A stretch of 64,000 nt of DNA from Proteobacteria bacterium SG_bin9 (GTDB lineage: Bacteria > Pseudomonadota > Alphaproteobacteria > Rhizobiales > Xanthobacteraceae): assembly GCA_002083525.1 (NCBI GenBank), contig LWDM01000050.1, positions 26,032-90,031 of the forward strand. Direction: 5' to 3'. Position numbers and translations under genes: made by a program. The notes under the pieces were generated by a model that worked only from the letters and a program-made list of their open reading frames with translations, had not been told where the DNA came from and did not search any database. Shown in pieces: positions 29,116 through 38,860 of the stretch. The first letter of the stretch is position 1. Every line of letters begins with the position of its first letter.

Positions 29116-31197
29116 TCAGGTCTTGCCTTCGAGGCTCGGATTGCCGAGGCCGGGCTCGGGTTTCGGCGTCTCGGTTTTAGCCGCCTCGGTCTTGGCAGGC
29201 TCGACCTTGGCCTCCGGCGCGGCCTCGGTCTTGGCCGCTTCGGCGATCGTCGCGTCGAGCTTGGCCAGCTCATCGGCCGACACTTTCGTATCCTCGGCCT
29301 TCGCTGTGTCGGCCGCAGGTGCATTGTCCTGCTTCACCTCGGCCTTTTCGACCTTCTTCGCCTCAGGCTTCTTCGTCGGGAAGCTCGACTTGATGTTGTC
29401 GAACAGTTCGATCTTGGCGCCATGGCGGTTCATGATGAAGCCCTGCTGCAAGACCGAGAGCAGGTTGTTCCAGGCCCAGTAGATGACGAGGCCGGCCGGG
29501 AACGAAGCGAGCATGAACGTGAAGATCAGCGGCATCCAGTCGAAGATCATCTTCTGCGTCGGATCCGGCGGCGCAGGGTTGAGCTTCATCTGCACCCACA
29601 TCGTGATGCCCATGATGATCGGCCAGATGCCGAGCATCAGGTACGGACCGATGAACGGACCGAGCGTCATCGGGTCCCACGGAATCAGGCCGAACAGGTT
29701 GAAGATCGTTGTCGGATCGGGCGCGGAGAGGTCCTTGATCCAGCCGAAGAACGGCGCGTGTCGCATTTCGATGGTGACGAACAGCACCTTGTAGAGCGCG
29801 AAGAAGACCGGGATTTGGATCAGAATCGGAAGACAGCCCGCGATCGGGTTTATCTTCTCCTTCTTGTAGATCTCCATCATCTCCTGCTGCTGCTTGACCT
29901 TGTCGTCGGGGTAGCGGTCGCGCAGCGCCATCAGTTGCGGCTGGATCGCCTTCATCTTCGCCATCGAAGCGTAAGACTTGTTGGCGAGCGGGAAGAAAAC
30001 GAGCTTCACCAGCACGGTCACCAGCAGGATGGCGACACCGAAGTTGCCGGCCAGCTTGAAGAACCAGTCGATCATCCAGAACATCGGCTTGGTGATGAAA
30101 TAGAACCATCCCCAGTCGATGAGGAGTTCGAAGCGGTTGAGCTTGAGCTGCTTGTCGTACGCATCGATCAGCTGATTTTCCTTGGCGCCAGCGAACAGCC
30201 GGGTGCTGGCGCTACCGGTGCCGCCGATGGCGATCGTCTGCGGATCGAGCAGGTAGTCGGTCTGATAGGTCCGCAGATTGCCGACGAGGTTCGACGAGAA
30301 TCGCGCTGCAAGCTTCGCGCCGGTGTCCGGCAGCAACGTCGCCGCCCAGTACTTGTCGGTGATGCCAAGCCAGGCGTTCGTGACGTTGAACTCCTTCTTC
30401 TTGTCATCGTCGATCTTGCTGTAGGTGTACTCCTGCAGGCCCTGATCGCCGAGCACGCCGATCAAACCCTCATGCAGAACGTAATAGCCCGACACCTGCG
30501 GCTTGCCGTGGCGTGAGATCAGCGCGTACGGATAGAGCGTCGCCGGTGCGTTGCCCGTGTTGGTGACTTCGTCCTTCAGCGTGAACAGGTAGTTCTGGTC
30601 GACGGTGATGGTGCGCTTGAAGGTGAGGCCTTCGCCGTTGTTCCAGGTCAGCGTCACCGGCTTGTCGACCGAGAGTGTGCCGGTGCCGTCCTGCGACCAC
30701 ACGGTGTCGCGGTCAGGGACCTTGGCGTTGGAGCCGCTGGCCGCGACCCAACCGAACTCGGCATAGAACGGATGCTCGGTGCCTGACGGCGCGAGCAGCA
30801 CGATCGCCGGCGATTTCGGATCGACGGTCTCGCGATACTGCACCAGCGACACGTCGTCGATGCGTCCGCCCTTTAGCGCGATGCTGCCCGACACCTTCGG
30901 GGTGTCGATCTTCACGCGCGGACCGGCTGCGAGCGCAGCGGCGCGGGTGACGATGGTGCTGGCCGCAGGCGCCGTGGCGCCCGGCGCGGGCTGCGACGGC
31001 GTCGCGTTCGGTTGCGGCGTCTGCGATGACGGGGCCGGCGCGGTGGATGGCGTGCCGCTCTGCGTCTGGCCCTGCTGCGTCGCCTGCTGGGCGGCGCGCT
31101 GTTTTTCCATCGCCGGGATGTTGTAGAAATATTGCCAGCCGATCAGCACGAGGCCGGACAGCAGGACCGCGATGATGGTGTTGCGATTGTCGGTCAT
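29116..31197 (-). CDS. yidC: Membrane protein insertase YidC with low-complexity N-proximal and C-terminal extensions
   Basis: 693 aa with conserved '[12 protein letters not shown]', '[16 protein letters not shown]' and '[10 protein letters not shown]'. There is an additional ~90-aa Ala/Glu/Lys/Thr-rich C-terminal tail. Confidence 0.93.
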   Translation of the reverse strand: MTDNRNTIIAVLLSGLVLIGWQYFYNIPAMEKQRAAQQATQQGQTQSGTPSTAPAPSSQTPQPNATPSQPAPGATAPAASTIVTRAAALAAGPRVKIDTPKVSGSIALKGGRIDDVSLVQYRETVDPKSPAIVLLAPSGTEHPFYAEFGWVAASGSNAKVPDRDTVWSQDGTGTLSVDKPVTLTWNNGEGLTFKRTITVDQNYLFTLKDEVTNTGNAPATLYPYALISRHGKPQVSGYYVLHEGLIGVLGDQGLQEYTYSKIDDDKKKEFNVTNAWLGITDKYWAATLLPDTGAKLAARFSSNLVGNLRTYQTDYLLDPQTIAIGGTGSASTRLFAGAKENQLIDAYDKQLKLNRFELLIDWGWFYFITKPMFWMIDWFFKLAGNFGVAILLVTVLVKLVFFPLANKSYASMAKMKAIQPQLMALRDRYPDDKVKQQQEMMEIYKKEKINPIAGCLPILIQIPVFFALYKVLFVTIEMRHAPFFGWIKDLSAPDPTTIFNLFGLIPWDPMTLGPFIGPYLMLGIWPIIMGITMWVQMKLNPAPPDPTQKMIFDWMPLIFTFMLASFPAGLVIYWAWNNLLSVLQQGFIMNRHGAKIELFDNIKSSFPTKKPEAKKVEKAEVKQDNAPAADTAKAEDTKVSADELAKLDATIAEAAKTEAAPEAKVEPAKTEAAKTETPKPEPGLGNPSLEGKT

Positions 31198-31258
31198 TGT
31201 TCAGGTCTCGTCGGTCAGGTGCGCCTGTGTCGGCTCAAGGGATATCGGATGATTGTGG

Positions 31259-31633
31259 TCAGGTCGCGCCGGGCTCGGGTGCGTTGCCGGATTTGTGACG
31301 CTGTGGCCGCGGCTTTTCGAGGCGGTGAAGTGTCGCCTTCAGATCGTCCAGCATGGTGGCGAAGTCGCGCGTGAGCGCGGTGCGCCGTCCGACCAGAACG
31401 TAGTCGCTGTGCGGGCGCAGCGCCGAGCCGTCAAGTTGTTTGACCAGTTCGCGCAGGCGGCGGCGAACGCGATTGCGTTCGGTCGCGGTTCCAACCTTGC
31501 GGGAGACGGTGAAGCCGACACGGACCGGACCGCGATCGTCGCGGGCGCGGCGCTGGACAACGAAGGCCGGGCTTGCCAGCCGAACGCCGCTGGCAACGGC
31601 GAGAAAGTCCGCCCGTTGCCTGAGCCGTTCCAT
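31259..31633 (-). CDS. rnpA: Ribonuclease P protein component
   Basis: 124 aa with 'VGFTVSRKVGTATERNRVRRRLRE' (RNR motif); located between rpmH and yidC. Confidence 0.9.
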   Translation of the reverse strand: MERLRQRADFLAVASGVRLASPAFVVQRRARDDRGPVRVGFTVSRKVGTATERNRVRRRLRELVKQLDGSALRPHSDYVLVGRRTALTRDFATMLDDLKATLHRLEKPRPQRHKSGNAPEPGAT

Positions 31634-31675
31634 GATGAGAACCGGGTGCTGGTTAAAGAGGGTCTCGGCCGAGGA

Positions 31676-31810
31676 TCAGGCGCTGAGCTTCTTGCGGCCG
31701 CGGGCGCGGCGGGCAGCCAGAACCTTGCGGCCGCCGGCGGTGGCCTGACGCGCACGGTAACCATGGCGGCGCTTGCGCACGAGTTTGCTGGGTTGATAGG
31801 TCCGCTTCAC
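31676..31810 (-). CDS. rpmH: 50S ribosomal protein L34
   Basis: GTG-initiated 44-aa ORF '[43 protein letters not shown]' with GGAG about 10 nt upstream. The longer 91-aa track ORF is an upstream extension. Confidence 0.92.
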   Translation of the reverse strand: MKRTYQPSKLVRKRRHGYRARQATAGGRKVLAARRARGRKKLSA

Positions 31811-32118
31811 GGTTCGTACTCCGCTGGGCAATTCGCCGAGGAATGAGTTTAGTCCCAGATGCTTGCGGCCCCTAAAACAGACCGGCCCGGTCGAGCCGGG
31901 CCATCGCGGACAGTTGGCGCGGCTTATACGGGAGCGACCCGTTTTCGTCAATCTTGGCCCGTAATTTCAAGGCGATGGGAAGAAACTGGGGAAAGGATTG
32001 TTTCGTATAGGTATTTGGCTCGTCCCGGCGGCGGCGCGGGCCTACCGGGCGACGTTCCGAATTCCCATCTAGGGAACAGGGGACGGGCGTCTGGCAATTT
32101 GGGGAGCAGGCGATCGGA

Positions 32119-33618
32119 ATGTCGGCGGACAAGTCCGGAAACGGGGCTCCGCGGGATCCGGCACAGCAATCGCTGTGGCGGCGCCTGTGGCCGCGTCCGC
32201 TTGGCCTGTCCGGCAAGCTTTTGCTGCTCACCATTCCGCTGGTGATGATCGCGGAAATCCTGATCTACGTTCCGTCGATTGCCAACTTCCGCGTCAACTG
32301 GCTGAACGACCGCTTGGCTGCCGCCAATACCGCGGCGCTGGTGCTCGACGCCGCGCCGAGCGGCGCGGTGCCGGATTCGCTGGCAAAGCAGCTCCTTGAA
32401 AGCATCGGCGCGCGCGCGGTCGCGATCAAGCTCGGCCAGCAGCGCCGTCTGCTCGCGATCGCCGACATGCCTTCGACCATCGACGACGACATCGACCTTC
32501 GGGAAATCAACATCGGCTCGGCAACGATCAACGCGTTTCGCGTCATGCTCGGCCGCGGCAGCGAGGTGATGCGCGTGATCGGGCCTTCGCGCACCGGCGG
32601 GCAATTCATCGAGGTGGTGCTCGACGAACGTCCGTTACGGCTTGCCATGTACCGCTTCTCGGCGAACGTGCTGCTGTGGTCGCTGGCAATTTCGATTCTG
32701 ACTGCGGGACTGGTGTATCTGGCGCTGCACTTCCTGTTCGTGCGGCCGATGCGGCGATTGACCGAGAATCTCGTCGGTTTCCATCGCGATCCGGAAAGCC
32801 AGGCGCAGATCATCACGCCGTCCGGCCGCGGCGACGAAATCGGCGTGGTCGAGCGCGAACTCTCCGATATGCAGCGCGATCTCAACTCGATGCTGCATCA
32901 GAAGAGCCGGCTCGCCGCGCTCGGGCTCGCGGTGTCGAAGATCAATCACGACCTGCGCAACATTCTCGCGTCGTCGCAACTCATCTCCGACCAGCTCAAC
33001 ACCGTCGCCGATCCGAAGGTGCAGCGCTTTGCGCCAAAATTGATGCGCACCTTGGAGCGCGCGATCGCACTCTGCCAGTCGACGTTGTCTTACGGCCGCG
33101 CGCAGGAAGCCTCGCCGGATCGCCGCGTGGTGCTGATCGATCCGATCGTCAACGAAGTCCGCGAATCCGCAGGCCTCGCGGGCGAGGGGCCGATCGGCTG
33201 GATCTGTGCGGTCGAGCGCGGTCTCACTATCGATGCCGATCCCGACCATCTGTTCCGCGTCCTGCTCAACCTGGTGCGCAACGCCGCGCAGGCGCTGGAG
33301 GCGCAGCCGGAGGGACACGTCGCGTTGCGACAGATCCGCGTCACCGGACGGCGCGAGGGCATCGTCTCGATCATCGAGGTCTCCGATACCGGCCCCGGTA
33401 TTCCGCCGAAGGCGCGCGCGCATCTGTTCGAGGCGTTCCAGGGATCGGATCGCGCCGGTGGCACCGGGCTCGGACTTGCCATCGCCGCCGAGCTCATTCG
33501 CGCTCATGGCGGTGAAATCCTTCTGGTCGAAGGCACCATCGGCGCCACCTTCCGGATCGCCATCCCCGACCGGCCGATCGAATTGCATCAAATGCGGCCG
33601 GAACGCGCCCGGGCCTGA
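32119..33618 (+). CDS. Sensor histidine kinase (two TM helices, HAMP-like linker, HisKA, HATPase_c), no adjacent response regulator
   Basis: H-box 'VSKINHDLRNILAS', N-box 'LLNLVRNAAQA', G1 'DTGPGIP' and G2 'GTGLGLAIA'. Confidence 0.9.
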   Translation: MSADKSGNGAPRDPAQQSLWRRLWPRPLGLSGKLLLLTIPLVMIAEILIYVPSIANFRVNWLNDRLAAANTAALVLDAAPSGAVPDSLAKQLLESIGARAVAIKLGQQRRLLAIADMPSTIDDDIDLREINIGSATINAFRVMLGRGSEVMRVIGPSRTGGQFIEVVLDERPLRLAMYRFSANVLLWSLAISILTAGLVYLALHFLFVRPMRRLTENLVGFHRDPESQAQIITPSGRGDEIGVVERELSDMQRDLNSMLHQKSRLAALGLAVSKINHDLRNILASSQLISDQLNTVADPKVQRFAPKLMRTLERAIALCQSTLSYGRAQEASPDRRVVLIDPIVNEVRESAGLAGEGPIGWICAVERGLTIDADPDHLFRVLLNLVRNAAQALEAQPEGHVALRQIRVTGRREGIVSIIEVSDTGPGIPPKARAHLFEAFQGSDRAGGTGLGLAIAAELIRAHGGEILLVEGTIGATFRIAIPDRPIELHQMRPERARA

Positions 33619-33769
33619 CCTTTCAGCTGGCCAAATTCGGCATAAGTTTATGCCCGAGCAGAACTTGCAAAGCGGGGCCGGAGCCGTTAGGCATGGCCCC
33701 TCCGATGGGCTGCGTCAGACGCCCCCTTCGGATCAGCCGGTGGGATCGAGGTCCCGCAATTTGGCAAAT

Positions 33770-33846
33770 GCGCCCGTAGCTCAGCTGGATAGAGCACCAG
33801 ACTACGAATCTGGGGGTCAGAGGTTCGAATCCTTTCGGGCGCGCCA
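33770..33846 (+). tRNA. tRNA-Arg (anticodon ACG)
   Basis: Hand-folded cloverleaf: acceptor GCGCCCG/CGGGCGC, D arm GCTC-AGCTGGATA-GAGC, anticodon arm CCAGA-CTACGAA-TCTGG, T arm AGAGG-TTCGAAT-CCTTT, with encoded CCA. Confidence 0.93.
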
Positions 33847-33854
33847 TTTCTCTC

Positions 33855-34832
33855 TTACTGCACCGTGACGCCGGCGCTCTTGATGATCGGCACCCACTTG
33901 TCGATTTCCGAACTGACGAGCTTGCCAAGCGCGGCCGGCGTCTGATCGGCCTCGCTCGGCAGTTCTGCGCCGAGTTCGAGCAGCCGCGCGCGCACCTTCT
34001 CGTCCTTCAGCGCCGCGCGCGCGGTGGCGTTGAGCTTCTCGACGATTTCCTTCGGCGTACCCTTCGGCGCGAACAGCGCGTTCCAGCCGCTCGCCTGAAA
34101 CTCCGGCAGTCCCTGCTCCTCGGTGGTCGGCACGTCGGGAAGAATCGGCACGCGCGATTTCACCGCGACCACCAGACCCTTCACTTCCTTTGCCTGTACC
34201 TGCGGTGCGACGCCGACGGTTTGGTCGCAGACGTAATCGATCTCCCCCGACAGAACTGCGTTGAGCGCCGGGCCCGAGCCGCGGAACGGCACATGCTGCG
34301 GTTTCACGCCGAGCAGCGAATCCAGAAACAGGCAGGTCAGGTGCGAGGTCGCGCCGATGCCGCCGGTGCCGTAGTTCATGCGCCCCGCGTTGGCTTTCAG
34401 GTAGACGACGAACTCCTTGAAATCCTTTATTGGCAAATCCTTCTTCGCCACCACCAGCATCGGCGTCGCGGCTGCGTTCATGATCGGCTCGAAGTCGGTG
34501 CGGGGGTCATACGCGAGCTTCGGATAGAGGCCGACGCTCGCGGCCTGGGTGCCGAGATTGCCCATCAGAATCGTGTGGCCGTCCGGCGTCGCCTTGGCGA
34601 CGCGCGTCACGCCGATGGTGCCGCCGGCCCCCGTGACGTTCTCAATCACCACCTGCTGCCCGAGCGTGCGGCCCATGTGGTCGGCGACGACGCGCGAGAT
34701 CACGTCGGTCGCGCCGCCGGCCGCGAACGGAACGACCAGCGTGATCGGCCGCGACGGGTAATTCGTCTGCGCGAATGCCGCGCTTGTTGCGAAACACAAC
34801 GCAGTGGCGAGGGGGAGCAGGGATTTTTTCAT
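33855..34832 (-). CDS. Tripartite tricarboxylate transporter substrate-binding protein (Bug/TctC family)
   Basis: 325 aa with a signal peptide, 'YPSRPITLVVPFAAGGATDV', 'NVTGAGGTIG' and 'PDGHTILMGN'. Confidence 0.9.
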   Translation of the reverse strand: MKKSLLPLATALCFATSAAFAQTNYPSRPITLVVPFAAGGATDVISRVVADHMGRTLGQQVVIENVTGAGGTIGVTRVAKATPDGHTILMGNLGTQAASVGLYPKLAYDPRTDFEPIMNAAATPMLVVAKKDLPIKDFKEFVVYLKANAGRMNYGTGGIGATSHLTCLFLDSLLGVKPQHVPFRGSGPALNAVLSGEIDYVCDQTVGVAPQVQAKEVKGLVVAVKSRVPILPDVPTTEEQGLPEFQASGWNALFAPKGTPKEIVEKLNATARAALKDEKVRARLLELGAELPSEADQTPAALGKLVSSEIDKWVPIIKSAGVTVQ

Positions 34833-34857
34833 GATGTTTCCTCCTGGATCGTACGAC

Positions 34858-35751
34858 TCAAAGAAACGGATCGAGACGCGACATCAGAGCGTCAGGCGCT
34901 TCCTCTTGCGGGCTGTGGCCGCAATCGATCGGATGTCCGTCAACCGTGTTCGCTTTTTCCCGCCACGTTGCCGGGACGTCGTAGAGAGCGCCGACAGTGC
35001 CGCGACCACCCCACAGGGCTAGCAATGGTGCGACGATACGTCGGTCAGCATCGGCGGCGTCATGGACGAGATCAATCGTTGCTGCCGCTCTATAATCTTC
35101 GCAGATGGCATGTCGCGTTGCCGGGTCGGCATAGCAGCGACGATATTCGGCCATCACTCGCGGATCGACCGAGCCGGCGATCTTGATTTGACCGTCGATA
35201 TGCTTCTGCAGGAAGAACTCGGGATCATGTCCGATCATGGTCTCCGGCAGCGGATACGGCTGGATCAGGAAGAACCACCAGAAATAGCGCCGCGCAAAGT
35301 CCATATCGGTGCGTGCATACATGGTCGCCGTCGGAGCGATGTCGATGACAACGAGTTTCTCGACGGCGTCCGGATAATCGAGTGCCATGCGATGCGCGAC
35401 GCGGCCGCCGCGATCATGGCCAATGACGGCGAAACGCTCATAGCCGAGTGCGCGCATCACGATGACCTGATCGGCAGCCATCGCGCGTTTGGAATAATTG
35501 ATATGGTCCGGGCCGCCTTCCGGCTTCGCACTGTCGCCATACCCCCGCAGATCCGTCGCAACGACGGTGAAACGCTTCGCTAGTCGTGGCGCGACCTTGT
35601 GCCAGGTGAGGTGAGTCTGCGGATGACCGTGCAGCAGAAGCAGCGGAGCTCCCTCGCCGCCGATCGCCGTGCGAATGCGAATGCCGTCGGCGTCAATGTC
35701 CTGCCAGCGAAAGCCGGGAAGAATATCCGCGTGTCCCGCAGCCGCGGTCAT
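34858..35751 (-). CDS. Alpha/beta hydrolase, haloacetate dehalogenase/epoxide hydrolase-like
   Basis: 'LLLLHGHPQTHLTWHKVAPRL' and nucleophile elbow 'GHDRGGRVAHR' (Asp nucleophile type). Start placed at ATG 35751, which overlaps the leuD-like stop (ATGA); the track start is 35775. Confidence 0.82.
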   Translation of the reverse strand: MTAAAGHADILPGFRWQDIDADGIRIRTAIGGEGAPLLLLHGHPQTHLTWHKVAPRLAKRFTVVATDLRGYGDSAKPEGGPDHINYSKRAMAADQVIVMRALGYERFAVIGHDRGGRVAHRMALDYPDAVEKLVVIDIAPTATMYARTDMDFARRYFWWFFLIQPYPLPETMIGHDPEFFLQKHIDGQIKIAGSVDPRVMAEYRRCYADPATRHAICEDYRAAATIDLVHDAADADRRIVAPLLALWGGRGTVGALYDVPATWREKANTVDGHPIDCGHSPQEEAPDALMSRLDPFL

Positions 35752-36365
35752 TCGCCCGCTCCTGCCAACAACCACGGAGCCGAAGCAAGATAAGCTTGCT
35801 GGAACGTGCGAATGTCGTCGGCATGGGTAAGCGTCTCGCCGATGCGGTCGAGACCGAGCATCATCGCGCGTCGGCGCGCATCATCGATCTCGAATGCGAT
35901 GTCGAGGCCGCCTCCCGAGATGCTTCGGCGTTCGAGATCGATGCACAGTTCGGTTGGCCGGTCGGTGATCCGATCCGCCAAGAGTGCAATCGTCTGGTCT
36001 GCCAGGGTGACCAGCAACAAACCATTGTTTGCAGCATTGTCTGCAAAGATGCCGGCGAAGCTCGTGCCGATGATGGCGCGGATGCCGAACTGCAGCAGGC
36101 CCCATACCGCATGCTCGCGCGAGGAGCCGCAGCCAAAGTTCGGGCCGACGACGAGAAAACGCGTCTCGCTCCATTCAGGCTTGTTCAGCACGAAGTCAGG
36201 CCGTGGTTGTCCCGGCGCGCTGAATCGCAGATCGAAGAAAGCCCCGTCGCGCAGGCCTGCGCGATCGATGCCCTTCAGAAACTGTTTCGGCATGATGACA
36301 TCGGTGTCGATGTTGGCAGACGGGAGCGCTGCCGCGGCACCGGTGACGATCGTGAACGGCTGCAT
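35748..36365 (-). CDS. leuD: 3-isopropylmalate dehydratase small subunit-like (aconitase-family swivel domain) paralogue
   Basis: Internal ATG 36365 gives 205 aa with 'IDTDVIMPKQFLK' and 'GPNFGCGSSREHA'. Its context (LysR, hydrolase, Bug SBP) suggests a catabolic hydratase rather than the leucine-pathway copy. Confidence 0.85.
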   Translation of the reverse strand: MQPFTIVTGAAAALPSANIDTDVIMPKQFLKGIDRAGLRDGAFFDLRFSAPGQPRPDFVLNKPEWSETRFLVVGPNFGCGSSREHAVWGLLQFGIRAIIGTSFAGIFADNAANNGLLLVTLADQTIALLADRITDRPTELCIDLERRSISGGGLDIAFEIDDARRRAMMLGLDRIGETLTHADDIRTFQQAYLASAPWLLAGAGE

Positions 36366-36367
36366 GA

Positions 36368-37792
36368 TCAGATTTTCCTCGCGAAGTGGCGAACATCGAT
36401 GAGGTGACCTGCGAGTGCTGCTGCCGCGACCATCGCTGGGCTCATCAGATGCGTGCGCCCGCCCGCACCCTGGCGGCCTTCGAAATTTCGGTTGGTGCTG
36501 GATGCGCAGCGCTCGCCGGGCGCGAGCACGTCGTCGTTCATCGCAAGGCACATCGAGCATCCGGATTGACGCCATTCGAAACCGGCATCCATGAAAATCT
36601 TGTCGAGCCCTTCGGCCTCCGCGGCACGGCGCACGCTCGACGAGCCCGGCACCACCATCCCCCGAACCCCGTCCGCAATGCGCTGCCCGCGAACGACTGC
36701 CGCGGCTTCGCGCAGATCGGAGAGCCGTGCGTTCGTGCACGAGCCGATGAACGCACGCTGGATTCGCACATCGCTCAGCGCCATGCCGGGCGTCAGTCCC
36801 ATGTAGCCGAGCGCGCGCTCCATATCGCGGCGGCGGCTCGCGTCCTGCTCGCGCTGCGGATCGGGGATCGTGCTGCCGACGGGAATCGCCTGATCGGGAC
36901 TGGTGCCCCAGGTCACGAGCGGCTCGATCTCGTTCGCCGCGAGTACGACCTCGCGATCGAATGTCGCGTCCGCATCGCTGTGCAGCGTCAGCCAATGCTG
37001 CTTCGCTTGCTCCCAGAGTGCGCCCTTCGGTGCGCGCGGTTTGTCTGCGAGATAATCGAACACGGTCTGGTCGGGCGCGACGATCACACCGCGCGCGCCG
37101 CACTCGACCGCCATGTTGCAGATGGTCATGCGCGCTTCGATCGGCAGTGCCGCGATGCCGTCGCCGGCAAACTCGATGGCGTATCCGGTCGCGCCGCTGG
37201 CGCCGATGGTGCGGATCAGCGACATCACCGCGTCCTTTGCGGTGACGCCGCGGCCGAGCGCGCCGTTAATGCTGACGCGCATGGTCTTGAGGCGGCGATA
37301 ACGCAGCGTCTGCGTCGCGAGGTAATGCTCGATGTCGGACGTGCCGATGCCGAAGCCGAGCGCGCCCAGTGCGCCATAGGTCGTGGTGTGGCTGTCGCCG
37401 GCGGCGACGATCATGCCGGGCAGGATGAAGCCGAGTTCCGGTGCGACCACATGCTCGATGCCCTGCAGCGGGTGCAGCACGTCGAACAGTTCGATACCGA
37501 AGTCGCGACAGTTGCGGTCGAAGTAGGCGACCTGCTCTGCGCCGCCGGCATCGGGCATGGCCGCATCGCGCGTTTGCGCGGTGGAGTTGACATGATCGAC
37601 CACGCCGAGCGCAGCCTGCGGACGCCAGACGTGGCGGTTCGCCTCGCGCAGACCGCTGAACGCCTGCGGGCTGGTGTATTCGTTGAGGACGGTGCGATCG
37701 ATGTAAAGCAGGATCTCGGCGCCGGGGCCGTCACCGCCGAGCTTGCGGACGGTATGGGCGTCGATGATCTTGTCGTAGAGCGTGCGCGGCAC
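36368..37792 (-). CDS. leuC: 3-isopropylmalate dehydratase large subunit-like (aconitase family) paralogue
   Basis: 'TLYDKIIDAHTV', 'DHVNST', 'AAGDSHTTT' and Fe-S cysteines 'GSCTN' and 'GCSMCLAMN'. Start tentatively GTG 37792 (VPRTLYDK), which leaves a ~100-nt divergent promoter region; the track ORF extends to 37897. Confidence 0.85.
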   Translation of the reverse strand: MPRTLYDKIIDAHTVRKLGGDGPGAEILLYIDRTVLNEYTSPQAFSGLREANRHVWRPQAALGVVDHVNSTAQTRDAAMPDAGGAEQVAYFDRNCRDFGIELFDVLHPLQGIEHVVAPELGFILPGMIVAAGDSHTTTYGALGALGFGIGTSDIEHYLATQTLRYRRLKTMRVSINGALGRGVTAKDAVMSLIRTIGASGATGYAIEFAGDGIAALPIEARMTICNMAVECGARGVIVAPDQTVFDYLADKPRAPKGALWEQAKQHWLTLHSDADATFDREVVLAANEIEPLVTWGTSPDQAIPVGSTIPDPQREQDASRRRDMERALGYMGLTPGMALSDVRIQRAFIGSCTNARLSDLREAAAVVRGQRIADGVRGMVVPGSSSVRRAAEAEGLDKIFMDAGFEWRQSGCSMCLAMNDDVLAPGERCASSTNRNFEGRQGAGGRTHLMSPAMVAAAALAGHLIDVRHFARKI

Positions 37793-37852
37793 GGGCGTCC
37801 TCGGACTGTGATAGGCTCGCCTAAGCAAAGGGAATGCGTCGCCGAATGGCCA

Positions 37853-37867
37853 ATGCCGTTTCGGCAT
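37853..37867. promoter_or_regulatory. Candidate LysR-type T-N11-A operator
   Basis: Perfect dyad 'ATGCCG-TTT-CGGCAT' in the divergent leuC-like/LysR intergenic region. Confidence 0.45.
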
Positions 37868-37896
37868 GCGTTGATGCCGGGCGCGGATGGAGAACA

Positions 37897-38838
37897 ATGG
37901 ACGCCGAATGGCTTGAGGATTTTCTGGCGCTCGTGGACCTCGGGCACTTCTCGCGTGCGGCGGAACAGCGCGGCGTGACGCAGCCGGCGTTCAGCCGCCG
38001 CATCCGCGCGCTGGAGGATTGGGTCGGCAGCCCGCTGTTCGATCGCGACCTGCAGCCGGTGGCGCTCACGCCGGCGGGCGAACGCTTCCGGCCGGTGGCG
38101 GAGGAAACGCTGCGCCGTCTTTACCAGGGACGCGAAGCGGCGCGCGAGGCGGGCCGGATGTCGGCGGCGACGGTGCGCTTCGCCTCGACGCAGGTTCTCT
38201 CGTTCAGCTTCTTTCCGAACTGGCTGCGCGCTATCGAAGGTGACGAAGCGAGGGAAGCGGTCGTGTCGCTCACCGCGGCGCATATGGCGGCGTGCGAGCA
38301 GATCATGCTGCGCGGCGAGGCGCATTTCCTGCTGTGTCACGATCATCCGCAGATGTCGCACGCGCTGATGTCGGATCAGTTCCGATCCGTTCGGCTTGGC
38401 GCGGACACGCTTCTGCCCGTCAGCGCGCCCGATGCAGCGGGGACAGGCCCGCTGTTCGCGATGCCCGGGACCTCGGCGGCGCCGCTGCCGCTTCTCGCCT
38501 ATTCGAGCGAGTCGGGTTTCGGCCGCATCCTCGCCGGCGCGCGCGCCATCGAAAAAAGCGAGGCCTCGCTCAAGCCCGTATTTGCGTCGCATCTGGCGTC
38601 GGTCCTGATCGCAATGGCGCGTGAACGCCGGGGCATCGCCTGGGTGCCGATGAGCGTCGTCGCGGACGATCTCGCGCGCGGAACGTTGTTCCGGGCATCG
38701 CACGCACGCGATGACATTCCGGTCGAGGTCAGGCTTTACCGCTCGCGTGCGCGCCAAAGTCCAGCGGCCGAACGCCTGTGGTCGCTGATCCTCAGGACCG
38801 CTGACGCTAACGATCCGGAAAGCTCCAGGGCGGTATGA
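37897..38838 (+). CDS. LysR family transcriptional regulator
   Basis: Start at the internal ATG (MDAEWLEDFLALVDLGHFSRAAEQRGVTQPAFSRRIRALE = LysR HTH), divergent from the leuCD-like operon. Confidence 0.88.
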   Translation: MDAEWLEDFLALVDLGHFSRAAEQRGVTQPAFSRRIRALEDWVGSPLFDRDLQPVALTPAGERFRPVAEETLRRLYQGREAAREAGRMSAATVRFASTQVLSFSFFPNWLRAIEGDEAREAVVSLTAAHMAACEQIMLRGEAHFLLCHDHPQMSHALMSDQFRSVRLGADTLLPVSAPDAAGTGPLFAMPGTSAAPLPLLAYSSESGFGRILAGARAIEKSEASLKPVFASHLASVLIAMARERRGIAWVPMSVVADDLARGTLFRASHARDDIPVEVRLYRSRARQSPAAERLWSLILRTADANDPESSRAV

Positions 38839-38860
38839 AGCCTGTCTGGAGAACTGAGCG

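Noticed and set aside
31198-31258. Expected yidD (membrane protein insertion efficiency factor) between rnpA and yidC.
   Set aside because: The gap is only ~60 nt with no ORF, so yidD is simply absent from this position.
31811-32118. Possible replication origin or DnaA-box cluster next to rpmH-rnpA-yidC, as in many bacteria.
   Set aside because: I saw no TTATCCACA-like boxes or AT-rich unwinding element in this 308-nt region, dnaA is not adjacent, and alpha-proteobacterial origins are usually elsewhere (near hemE).
35748-37103. 451-aa ORF extending the leuD-like gene.
   Set aside because: The extension overlaps leuC-like in another frame and is Arg-rich noise. The LeuD-like domain starts at ATG 36365, 2 nt after the leuC-like stop.
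33770-38838. tRNA-Arg as the integration site of a genomic island covering the Bug/hydrolase/leuCD-like genes.
   Set aside because: No integrase or recombinase gene and no direct repeat of the tRNA 3' end were seen downstream, and codon usage of these genes looks like the core genome. Accessory content alone is not sufficient.
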